From positions 62,001 to 126,000 of the IMG/VR virus record IMGVR_UViG_3300003877_000001: 64,000 nt of DNA; one strand, written 5' to 3'. Positions 43,690 through 51,209 of the stretch are shown piece after piece. Under the pieces are notes generated by a model. The model ran no database searches, had not been told where the DNA came from, and saw nothing but the letters and a program-made list of their open reading frames with translations. Numbering within the stretch: the stretch's first letter is position 1; each line of letters begins with the position of its first letter. Position numbers and translations under genes: made by a program.

Positions 43690-43724
43690 AAAAAAACCCT
43701 GTTCATTTTGATGTGAACAGGGTT
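43690..43724 (-). terminator. intrinsic terminator of attenuator 1
   Basis: AACCCTGTTCA-CATCAAAA-TGAACAGGGTT-TTTTT on minus strand. Confidence 0.9.
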
Positions 43725-43749
43725 CTATTAATTATTATAATTACAATAG

Positions 43750-43833
43750 TTAACTAGACATATTCTCCCCGTTCAACATCTGATGTTGATGCTGCGGTTG
43801 GGGTTGACCTACTATGTTAACTAATCTTTTCAT
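43750..43833 (-). CDS. leader peptide MKRLVNIVGQPQPQHQHQMLNGENMSS
   Basis: 27 codons with CAA CCC CAA CCG CAG CAT CAA CAT CAG run, upstream of terminator and Pro/His/Gln tRNAs. Confidence 0.88.
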   Translation of the reverse strand: MKRLVNIVGQPQPQHQHQMLNGENMSS

Positions 43834-44088
43834 TGTTCTATTTTTTAATTCAACGCAATTATAATACATATAATTTAAATAAACAAGTCATTTTGCAAAA
43901 AACTTTTACCTACCCTCAGTTATTACACTAGGGAGAAGCTATTTTCTTTTCTTTTTTAAAGACTTAACTTAAACGTTTAAGCGATAACTTCGCTTTCTTG
44001 CTAATAAATACGTAGTACTTTAGGTTTTGGTTACAAAAATTTAAAATTTATTTTTATTAAACTATAATGTATTTATAATAAAGATTTT

Positions 44089-44544
44089 ATGAAAAGAAAA
44101 GAACTATATAGAGTAATCAATGAAGAACTGTCTGAATTTGATTTTTTAGGTATGACAGGTGTTAAAGACGAATTCGAACATAATAATCTTCTTAACTCAA
44201 AAGAATTCCAAACAAATTTAATTAAAGATATTATCACAAGCCTAAGTGATAAAAATAAATTCAAGAAATTTTCATCAACATTTGTAAATAAAGAAACTAA
44301 TGTTAATAATGATACTGAAAATATTGAATTAGAAATTGAATTAACATATACGTTTGATGAAAAAGATTATGATTTAATTTTATTTATTGATGGTGATCAA
44401 GAAAACGATAAAATAAATTTTGAAAATTTTGACATTAAATTATTTTCTAAAGCTGGTGATCAAATCAAAATGGGGTGGGTAGAAAAAAATAATGAGTTAT
44501 ATAAAAGACTAATTGAAAGTTTAATTCAACCATTTTTAGGATAA
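44089..44544 (+). CDS. hypothetical protein
   Basis: ORF track; L...INEEL N-terminus; TATTTATA upstream. Confidence 0.55.
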   Translation: MKRKELYRVINEELSEFDFLGMTGVKDEFEHNNLLNSKEFQTNLIKDIITSLSDKNKFKKFSSTFVNKETNVNNDTENIELEIELTYTFDEKDYDLILFIDGDQENDKINFENFDIKLFSKAGDQIKMGWVEKNNELYKRLIESLIQPFLG

Positions 44545-44582
44545 TCCTTGATATTATTAATATTATTTAATATATTTGCCGT

Positions 44583-44906
44583 ATGATATTAAATAGACTG
44601 AAGAAAGGTGATTCGACTCTTTGTACATATACTAAATGTGGTAATGAAATTAAAGAAGGTGATATTCTAGGATATGGTGATAACTATCCTTGTGTAATAC
44701 TTTACAATAAATTTGAAGCTAAATTTGATGCTATCGAATTTGGATATATGACTGATGAAAATTATGAGTATAGAGCACATGATATGTTATGTTCTACTGT
44801 TGAATGGGAAATTTTAGGTAATATTGATAACGAATTTTATCATAAACTATTAAAAGAAGTACCTAAAAATTTTGATTATATGAAAGATTTAGAAGAGTAT
44901 TATTAG
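44583..44906 (+). CDS. YopX-like protein
   Basis: G.EI.EGDIL ... EILGNI. Confidence 0.7.
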   Translation: MILNRLKKGDSTLCTYTKCGNEIKEGDILGYGDNYPCVILYNKFEAKFDAIEFGYMTDENYEYRAHDMLCSTVEWEILGNIDNEFYHKLLKEVPKNFDYMKDLEEYY

Positions 44907-45481
44907 TGGGAGTAAAGAGTAGAATTAAACGTAGTTATAAAAAAAGGAAGAAAAAAGTTCTTAAAAAGAAAGGAAAGGGTTTATCACATCAAGATGTTGT
45001 AGATTATAGTGCAAAAGTATTAAATAGATCAGGTTATAATTGGAAATGTGGTGTAATATTTAAAGAAATTTCTAGTGCTTCTGCTGAAAGACCAGATGTT
45101 ATAGGATTTGGTAGTGGAATATCATCACTTATTGAAGCAAAAGTAAGTAGAACTGATTTCTTAAAAGATAAGAAGAAACACTTTAGAAAACATCCTGAAC
45201 TAGGAATGGGTAAGTATAGATTTTATGCTTGTCCAACTAATTTAATTAAAGAAGAAGAATTACCCAAGAATTGGGGATTGATATATGTAAGTGAAAAGGG
45301 TAGATGTATAATTAAAGTTCAACCTAAAGCACAAAAAATATCGATAGAAAGCGAACATTTGTTTATGTATTCCGTATTAAGAAGAACATTAGTTTATATG
45401 GACAATGATGAATTGGACAAATTTGCTAAAAAAAGTATGGATACTACACAAAGAAATTATTATTTAAACTCAAATAGATGA
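44906..45481 (+). CDS. PD-(D/E)xK nuclease-like protein
   Basis: ERPDVIGF...LIEAKVSRTDF..DKKK, ELP.NWGL. Confidence 0.7.
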   Translation: MGVKSRIKRSYKKRKKKVLKKKGKGLSHQDVVDYSAKVLNRSGYNWKCGVIFKEISSASAERPDVIGFGSGISSLIEAKVSRTDFLKDKKKHFRKHPELGMGKYRFYACPTNLIKEEELPKNWGLIYVSEKGRCIIKVQPKAQKISIESEHLFMYSVLRRTLVYMDNDELDKFAKKSMDTTQRNYYLNSNR

Positions 45482-45903
45482 AAGGATATAGGTTATTTTT
45501 AGACGACATACGCAATCCAATTGATGCGTATGAATATACTAGTTTTACATCATATAGAGATGATCATTGGAAAATTGTACGTGATTATAATCAATTCGTA
45601 GATTATATTACACGTAATTATGAAAAACATGATGTAATGCCAACTATAATTGGTTTTGATCACGACCTTGCCGATGAACATTATGCACCAAAAGAACATT
45701 GGGATGATAAATATGATTCATGGGCAGAAAATCAAGGATTTAAAGAAAAAACAGGTATGGATTGTGCTAAGTGGTTAGTAGAATTCTGTATGGATAATAA
45801 TTTAAAATTACCTGATTGGTTTGGACATTCAATGAATCCAGCAGGTAGAGAAAATATTGATAATTATTTATTAAATTATAGAAAACATGAAGAAAACAAT
45901 TAA
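45478..45903 (+). CDS. cyclic-phosphate-processing receiver-like protein
   Basis: LFLDDIRNP, FDHDL, TG.DCAKWL, HSMNPAG. Confidence 0.8.
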   Translation: MKGYRLFLDDIRNPIDAYEYTSFTSYRDDHWKIVRDYNQFVDYITRNYEKHDVMPTIIGFDHDLADEHYAPKEHWDDKYDSWAENQGFKEKTGMDCAKWLVEFCMDNNLKLPDWFGHSMNPAGRENIDNYLLNYRKHEENN

Positions 45904-46177
45904 ATATCTAAGTAATAAATTATATTTTACATATGATTTAACTCAAGAACATCTTGAAACATTATTTTTAATTAATGCAAATGATGGGTGTGCTGAATTT
46001 GAAAATCGTGATCCTAATCACGATGAAGATATTGATGGTAATTTACTTTCATGGAAAGTTTGTGATGAATTAGTTGAACTTGATCTATTAGAGGAAGATG
46101 AAGAAGCATTTAGTATATTCTATGAACTAACGGGTGATGGTAAAGAAGTTATACGACAAATAGCGTTAGAACACTAA
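45887..46177 (+). CDS. hypothetical protein (possible wHTH)
   Basis: L.E..L.....YELT..G. Confidence 0.45.
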   Translation: MKKTIKYLSNKLYFTYDLTQEHLETLFLINANDGCAEFENRDPNHDEDIDGNLLSWKVCDELVELDLLEEDEEAFSIFYELTGDGKEVIRQIALEH

Positions 46178-46232
46178 TTTTATTCTTGAGTATTTAATTT
46201 TAGAATCATTTTATTTTTAAAATTAATACTGA

Positions 46233-46496
46233 ATGAAGAAATACTGGTTTTATGGTATTATGCCAAGAGATTCCATCGAAGAAACGGAACTAACAACAAT
46301 ACAAAAGCAAATTATAGAAGAAGAAAATAATAAGTTAACTAAAGAAAATCTTGAATTTGGTTGGCTTGGTTATTTTAGAGGTGATAAATGGGAATTTATG
46401 AGACATGGTATCGAATCTATTTTTATTAATGATACTAGGGGTAATGTTGCAAGAAAAAAATTTATTGAAATTCTAAAAGAAAAATATATAATATGA
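46233..46496 (+). CDS. hypothetical protein
   Basis: ORF track. Confidence 0.45.
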   Translation: MKKYWFYGIMPRDSIEETELTTIQKQIIEEENNKLTKENLEFGWLGYFRGDKWEFMRHGIESIFINDTRGNVARKKFIEILKEKYII

Positions 46497-46612
46497 CAAT
46501 ATTTGGCTATATGGCACTTATTTTAATAATTGCCGTTTTCTATCTTAAATTAAGAAAATGGTTATTTAAAGATTAATGTAACCTTTCATATTATTGTTGC
46601 GTATAATGTTTT

Positions 46613-47002
46613 ATGGAAGTTAGAGAAAAAATTATATTCGATTATACAAATGCAAAAGAAAATAATCATAGATTATTAAGATTTGCGTTAGAGGATTTAA
46701 TATCATTAACAAAAACTAAATTAAATCAAAGTGAACTTTTAGATGCTATTGAAACTTTAATAGATAAAAAGGGTAAAAAAATTATTAATAAAGCAAAAAA
46801 AAGAAAAAATATTGAATCTGATGTTTTTCAAATGATTATATTTAATAGCTATATTTGTAATTTTAGATTTGATGGGAAACATAGACCAATCTTATTAGAA
46901 TATATTAAAGGGCAAGATTTTGGTCATGATTGGGATAGAAAATTACAAGCACCACCAAAGACTATTTTATCTAAAAGGGGGTTTTTTAAAAATATTTTTT
47001 AA
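46613..47002 (+). CDS. hypothetical protein
   Basis: ORF track; promoter motif upstream. Confidence 0.5.
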   Translation: MEVREKIIFDYTNAKENNHRLLRFALEDLISLTKTKLNQSELLDAIETLIDKKGKKIINKAKKRKNIESDVFQMIIFNSYICNFRFDGKHRPILLEYIKGQDFGHDWDRKLQAPPKTILSKRGFFKNIF

Positions 47003-47018
47003 AAAACTTGCATCTTAA

Positions 47019-47045
47019 CTAAACCTTTTTTATATTTGCAACGTA
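47019..47045 (+). promoter_or_regulatory. overlapping Bacteroidota -7 box (TATATTTG) and ECF-like AACC-N16-CGTA promoter
   Basis: CTAAACCTTTTTTATATTTGCAACGTA upstream of leader 2. Confidence 0.6.
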
Positions 47046-47089
47046 TTTAATATAGAACAAAGTATAATAACTTTAAAATAATTAAAAAG

Positions 47090-47209
47090 ATGAAGAATTC
47101 AAGAACAATTTTAAACACCAATATGGAAGCCATGTTATGGTCAGTTGCGGAAGCAGTTGAGGTGGACGATTTGTGTCTAGGGTCTTCAGGAGAAGGTGAA
47201 TTAGTTTAA
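47090..47209 (+). CDS. leader peptide MKNSRTILNTNMEAMLWSVAEAVEVDDLCLGSSGEGELV
   Basis: 39 codons; M/E/A/L/W/S/V/D control segment; terminator follows. Confidence 0.82.
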   Translation: MKNSRTILNTNMEAMLWSVAEAVEVDDLCLGSSGEGELV

Positions 47210-47234
47210 CTACTAAAACATCCAAACGAAATTG

Positions 47235-47264
47235 AAGACCCAATCCTAACAGATTGGGTTTTTT
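47235..47264 (+). terminator. intrinsic terminator of attenuator 2
   Basis: AAGACCCAATC-CTAACA-GATTGGGTTTT-TT. Confidence 0.9.
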
Positions 47265-47286
47265 GTTTTATAAGGGTTTAGAAATT

Positions 47287-47430
47287 ATGATAAGAGTTTA
47301 TATTGAAGATAAAGAAAAGGGTGTAGTATTTGCGTACATAAAAGATGTACCAGCAATTTGCAGCCAAGGTAAAACAAAAGAAGAAGTCGATAAAAAGATT
47401 GATAAGTATTTTGAAGTGATTAAAAAGTAA
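47287..47430 (+). CDS. orphan HicB-family antitoxin-like protein (47 aa)
   Basis: MIRVYIEDKEKGVVFAYIKDVPAICSQGKTKEEVDKKIDKYFEVIKK matches the HicB N-terminal pattern (P...SQG.T.EE). Confidence 0.7.
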   Translation: MIRVYIEDKEKGVVFAYIKDVPAICSQGKTKEEVDKKIDKYFEVIKK

Positions 47431-47432
47431 AT

Positions 47433-47502
47433 GGGTCTGATGCTAAAGGCAGGTCGTTGGTTTTGCATACCAAACGTTTCGGTTCGATTCCGACAGTATC
47501 CA
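47433..47502 (+). tRNA. tRNA-Ala(UGC), irregular acceptor stem
   Basis: TTGGT-TTTGCAT-ACCAA; G3.U70. Confidence 0.7.
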
Positions 47503-47637
47503 CAATAAAGTTATTTGACGTATTGTTTATTAAAAAATTATTTGTGAAGAGAGAGCAGAGACTCTTGACGGCAGCACTATAATGGTGGCTTCGAACAAAT
47601 ACATGTCGTGTGTATTGTCCGTGATAAGCAAATATAT

Positions 47638-47709
47638 GGGGAGTTAGTATAATGGCTATTATTATTGACTTGCACTCAATGGATAAGGGTTCGACTCCCT
47701 TACTCTCCA
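47638..47709 (+). tRNA. tRNA-Ala(UGC)
   Basis: ATTGA-CTTGCAC-TCAAT; G3.U70, A73. Confidence 0.93.
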
Positions 47710-47711
47710 CT

Positions 47712-47883
47712 AATGTTGAAAGGAAGCGGTTGTTTATAGACTATCGACAGCATAAGATTAGTATCGGCTTTATGTGTAATATGACGACTCTAACATGGTC
47801 TGGCTTTTCCAACATCATATATTGAAACCGTACTCGTACTGTTAGATTACACCAATATGTGAAAGAACTATAAACTCAACATT
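47712..47883 (+). ncRNA. rod-like structured RNA candidate
   Basis: Nested pairings AATGTTGA/TCAACATT, GTTTATAG/CTATAAAC, GTGTAAT/ATTACAC, TCTAACA/TGTTAGA. Confidence 0.6.
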
Positions 47884-47888
47884 TATTT

Positions 47889-47960
47889 GCTCGGTTCGTC
47901 TAACGGTTAGGACGGGTGGTTTTCAGCCATCAGATAGGGGTTCGATTCCCCTACCGAGTA
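47889..47960 (+). tRNA. tRNA-Glu(UUC)
   Basis: GGTGG-TTTTCAG-CCATC. Confidence 0.92.
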
Positions 47961-48011
47961 CTTTTGGTCGTTTTTGTACCTTTGTAATATTTATAATTAA
48001 ACATTGTAAAT

Positions 48012-48656
48012 ATGGCAAGAAAACAAAAGAAATATCATTATTTGTATAAGACAACAAATAATTTAAACGGTAAATACTATTATGGTATGCATAGTACTGA
48101 TGATTTAAATGATGGTTATTATGGTTCAGGTAAAAGATTAAGATATTCGATTAATAAATATGGTAAAGAAAATCATAGTGTTGAAGTATTAGAGTTCTTT
48201 GAAAATAGAATTGATTTAAAAAATAAAGAAAAGGAGATTATTAATTTAAATGAAATTGCCAAAAAAGATTGTATGAATTTAGTTGTTGGTGGTGGTGGTG
48301 GATTAATAGGATTATCTGAAGACAAAAGAGAAAATATTCGTAATGGTGCATCTAAATTTTTAAAAGAAAAATGGAAAGACCCTTCATATAGAAAAATGCA
48401 AATAAAACTTTCTTCGGAAAGAATAAAAAAAACACATAAAGAAGGAAAACTTAAATATAATAATTTTAAAAATAAATATCATAATGAAGAAAGTAAAAGA
48501 AAAATGAGTGAATCTAGCAAGGGAATGGGAAAAGGGAAAAGTAACTCCCAATATGGAACATGTTGGATAACAAAAAATGATGTTAATAAAAAAATTAAAT
48601 TATTTGATTTAAATGACTATATAAAAAACGATTGGATTAAAGGTCGTATAATATAA
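48012..48656 (+). CDS. GIY-YIG (Seg-like) homing endonuclease with NUMOD3
   Basis: YLYKTTN..NGKYYYGMH..DGYYGSG; HNEESKRKMSES. Confidence 0.9.
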   Translation: MARKQKKYHYLYKTTNNLNGKYYYGMHSTDDLNDGYYGSGKRLRYSINKYGKENHSVEVLEFFENRIDLKNKEKEIINLNEIAKKDCMNLVVGGGGGLIGLSEDKRENIRNGASKFLKEKWKDPSYRKMQIKLSSERIKKTHKEGKLKYNNFKNKYHNEESKRKMSESSKGMGKGKSNSQYGTCWITKNDVNKKIKLFDLNDYIKNDWIKGRII

Positions 48657-48663
48657 ATTTTGA

Positions 48664-48727
48664 TCCTTACCTTTGGTTTGGATTCTACAAAGGTTTTCAA
48701 CGTTGAACCCGTTAATCAACGTTGTTT
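48664..48727 (+). repeat. double-hairpin spacer element, copy 1
   Basis: TACCTT..GGT.TGGATT...AAAGGTTTTCAACGTTGAACC...TCAACGTTGTTT. Confidence 0.85.
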
Positions 48728-48729
48728 AT

Positions 48730-48805
48730 GATCGGTTCGTCTAATGGAACTAGGATAGGTGGGGTCAAAAGCCACCAGATAGAGGTTTAAATCCTTTACC
48801 GATTA
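48730..48805 (+). tRNA. tRNA-Glu-like paralog with aberrant 9-nt anticodon loop
   Basis: Body similar to tRNA at 47889; GGTGG-GGTCAAAAG-CCACC; T loop TTTAAAT. Confidence 0.6.
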
Positions 48806-48806
48806 C

Positions 48807-48940
48807 TATGAATTGTTAGTGGTGGAACAGGTATACACTATCACCGTTGAAGGTGGTTTGTAGGGGTTATAGAAAACCCCTGCTGCATGGTAACATGTGG
48901 GACATCCCTTGTAGGTTCGAGTCCTACCTAGTGGTTCATA
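48807..48940 (+). ncRNA. enlarged tRNA-like RNA (Ser/Leu-type D arm, two extra hairpins)
   Basis: 13-bp terminal stem, GTGGAACAGGTATACAC, GTAGG-TTCGAGT-CCTAC. Confidence 0.75.
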
Positions 48941-48946
48941 ATTTAT

Positions 48947-49019
48947 TGGGTGTTCGTCTAGTGGCAAAGGCATCTGTTTTACATGCAGAATATCGTGGGT
49001 TCGAGTCCCACACACCCAA
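48947..49019 (+). tRNA. tRNA-Val(UAC)
   Basis: TCTGT-TTTACAT-GCAGA. Confidence 0.92.
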
Positions 49020-49023
49020 CTGG

Positions 49024-49088
49024 TCTTTACCTTATGGTCTGGATTTAAAAAAGGTTTTCAACGTTGAACCAGATATCAACGTTGTTTT
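49024..49088 (+). repeat. double-hairpin spacer element, copy 2
   Basis: Near-identical to 48664-48727. Confidence 0.85.
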
Positions 49089-49092
49089 ATAT

Positions 49093-49165
49093 TCGCTCTT
49101 GGTGATCAACGGTAACATAGCAGTCTCCAAAACTGAAGATGAAAGTTCAAATCTTTCAGGGCGAG
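49093..49165 (+). tRNA. tRNA-Trp(CCA)
   Basis: GCAGT-CTCCAAA-ACTGA; G73. Confidence 0.88.
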
Positions 49166-49199
49166 CAAAGTAGTTGAAAATCAACTAGTTATAACATAA

Positions 49200-49270
49200 C
49201 GTCCATTGGTGTAATGATAACATGATCGGTTGTCTCCCGATTGCCGAGGGTTTGATTCCCTCATGGACGG
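49200..49270 (+). tRNA. tRNA-Asp(GUC)
   Basis: ATCGG-TTGTCTC-CCGAT; G73; pyrimidine at position 37. Confidence 0.8.
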
Positions 49271-49272
49271 CA

Positions 49273-49671
49273 AAATTTTGTAGTCGTTCTTGTGTTGGTA
49301 AATATAGAGCAAATAAAGTAAAAAAATCAAATAAAGTTAGACGAAGTAAAAATGAAATCTATTTTGCGGATTTATGTATAGAATATTTTAAAAATGTTGA
49401 AACTAATGAAAAAATTTTTAATGGATGGGATGCTGATGTTATTATTCACGATATTAAAATAGCAATTTTATGGAATGGTAAATGGCATTATGAAAAAATA
49501 ATCAAAAATCATTCAGTAAAACAAGTACAAAATAGGGATAGATTGAAATTAATTGAAATTAAAAATTATGGATATGAACCGTACATAATAAAAGATATGG
49601 GTTCATATAATAAAAAGTTTGTTGAAGAACAATTCAAAGAATTTATAAATGCCGATGTCGCCAAGTGGTAA
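49273..49671 (+). pseudogene. Vsr-like endonuclease, 5' end missing
   Basis: FCSRSC, SKNEI.F, WDADVII...AILWNG.WHY, RD..K; the listed start lies inside tRNA-Asp. Confidence 0.6.
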
Positions 49672-49722
49672 GGCACATTTCTCATAAGAATGTATACGAG
49701 TGTTCGATTCACTCCATCGGTA
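49651..49722 (+). tRNA. tRNA-Met(CAU) (elongator, or Ile2)
   Basis: CATTT-CTCATAA-GAATG. Confidence 0.88.
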
Positions 49723-49740
49723 CAAAATTTTTAAATAAAT

Positions 49741-49766
49741 TGTAACCTTTTAAAAAAGTTTACGTA
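49741..49766 (+). promoter_or_regulatory. ECF-sigma-like promoter TGTAACC-N15-CGTA
   Basis: Identical copy at 50223; variants at 46577, 54617, 63075 (+) and 15510, 44035 (-). Confidence 0.65.
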
Positions 49767-49776
49767 TTATAAATAT

Positions 49777-50220
49777 ATGGTTGATAAAGAAATATGTAGA
49801 TTTAAATATGAAGATATTGAATATCAAATAAGCCATTTAATATTTCAATATGGTAATATTAAAATTTCAATGCCTAGTATATTAATTACAACCAAATCTT
49901 CTAATAGTAAAAGAAGTACATATGTAAGTAAAACTGATGGACATTATAACTTAGTTGGATTGAATAACCCAATTAAATTAATTAGAAAAATTAGTAATAT
50001 TTACAATGATGAACTTAAATCTTTTGATTATGTTTGTTTTAGTGCACATACAGATGCAACAGATAAATGTACTGAAGTATATGGTGGCATTCTTAATAAA
50101 ATGGGATTTGTTAAATTATTAAATAATAAATATTATCATTTTTATAGTAGAAAAGATAAAAAACTAAAACGTAAAGAAGTTGTTAAAATTTTTAAAGATT
50201 TTGAAATTTATTTACATTAA
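49777..50220 (+). CDS. hypothetical protein
   Basis: ORF flanked by direct repeats of the promoter motif. Confidence 0.55.
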   Translation: MVDKEICRFKYEDIEYQISHLIFQYGNIKISMPSILITTKSSNSKRSTYVSKTDGHYNLVGLNNPIKLIRKISNIYNDELKSFDYVCFSAHTDATDKCTEVYGGILNKMGFVKLLNNKYYHFYSRKDKKLKRKEVVKIFKDFEIYLH

Positions 50221-50264
50221 TATGTAACCTTTTAAAAAAGTTTACGTATATTTGAAATATAAAC

Positions 50265-50336
50265 GGAGCATTGGTCTAACGGCTAGGATATATGACTATC
50301 ACTCATAGGGTAGGGGTTCGATTCCCCTATGTTCCG
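50265..50336 (+). tRNA. tRNA-Asp(AUC)
   Basis: TATGA-CTATCAC-TCATA; GGAGCAT/ATGTTCC stem, G73. Confidence 0.88.
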
Positions 50337-50346
50337 CACTGGTCAT

Positions 50347-50465
50347 TAAAGTATGGTGTAATGTGCACGATACTTCCATGTACCGACCAACGATAGCCTA
50401 TTAGTATGGTGACAATAGGTTGGCAACAGAAGTAAAGGATTAAGGTTAAATTCCTTATTACTTGA
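50347..50465 (+). ncRNA. tRNA-like RNA with extended anticodon arm
   Basis: D arm TGGTGTAATGTGCAC, TACTTC/GAAGTA enclosing about 50 nt, T arm TAAGG-TTAAATT-CCTTA. Confidence 0.55.
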
Positions 50466-50481
50466 AGACCTAAAAAAATAT

Positions 50482-50621
50482 GCTGTAATGGAATGAAGTG
50501 AAAACGATAAAGTATAATGCATTGAAATATCGTGGAAACTATTAGTCACTAGCGATAATTGGCATTAATCATTTAACATAGGGGTAATTTCCTATTATGG
50601 GTTCGAGTCCCCAATATGGCA
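50482..50621 (+). ncRNA. enlarged tRNA-like RNA
   Basis: GCTGTA/TATGGC ends; GGG-TTCGAGT-CCC T arm. Confidence 0.55.
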
Positions 50622-50706
50622 CAAAATTATGGTATGATGGAATTGGTATACATGTGGGTGTGACCTTCGAAAGAATAGGTGCAGATCAAACGGATATGTT
50701 AACAAA

Positions 50707-50808
50707 TGAAGTAAAAGGGTTAAATGATGATTTAAATGTCTTGGCTTAAAATAGTTTCAATATTTAAATATGTAGTTTATCGTTAAGGTTCAATTCCTTA
50801 TACTTCAC
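50707..50808 (+). ncRNA. enlarged tRNA-like RNA
   Basis: TGAAGTA/TACTTCA ends; TAAGG-TTCAATT-CCTTA; ATTTAAAT long arm. Confidence 0.6.
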
Positions 50809-50909
50809 AAAAGTCTGGCAGAAGTATGCGATAGGTACGACAATACCGATAGCAGAAAATGAAGGACACATTGAACTCGAAGCATTGTCGTGTGGAGATA
50901 GTAAATGTT

Positions 50910-50981
50910 TAACTAGTGGACAAGTGGTAAAGTCGCCCCTTTTAAATGGGGAGAACGTGGGTTCGAATCCTACCTAGTTAA
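50910..50981 (+). tRNA. tRNA with UAA-containing loop, short variable region (identity uncertain)
   Basis: TAACTAG/CTAGTTA; CCCC-TTTTAAAT-GGGG; GTGGG-TTCGAAT-CCTAC. Confidence 0.7.
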
Positions 50982-51209
50982 CTAAACTTCTGTGATGTGG
51001 AAGAATTGAAGTTCATGTTTGTTTAATATTTGGGTCGCTCCTGAATACTGACAATAAAGAATAGTTTATATTTGAGGTGAGTACGTATTAACCGATATAT
51101 GAAGTTACTATTTTGAATGAACGCACTTCGCACTCGTCAAAGGGAGAGAAAGCAGGTTCGATACCTGTCTACGCTACAAATATTATATCAAACGGATATA
51201 ATTTAAAAT

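Noticed and set aside
43690-43900. T-box riboswitch as an explanation for the tRNA leaders
   Set aside because: No T-box consensus (AGGGTGGNACCGCG) in any leader; codon runs within ORFs fit ribosome-mediated attenuation better.
47420-50549. ORFs 47420-47710(-), 48806-49015(-), 48847-49173(+), 50346-50549(-), and 43321-43509(-) upstream
   Set aside because: They overlap tRNA or tRNA-like genes and are spurious.
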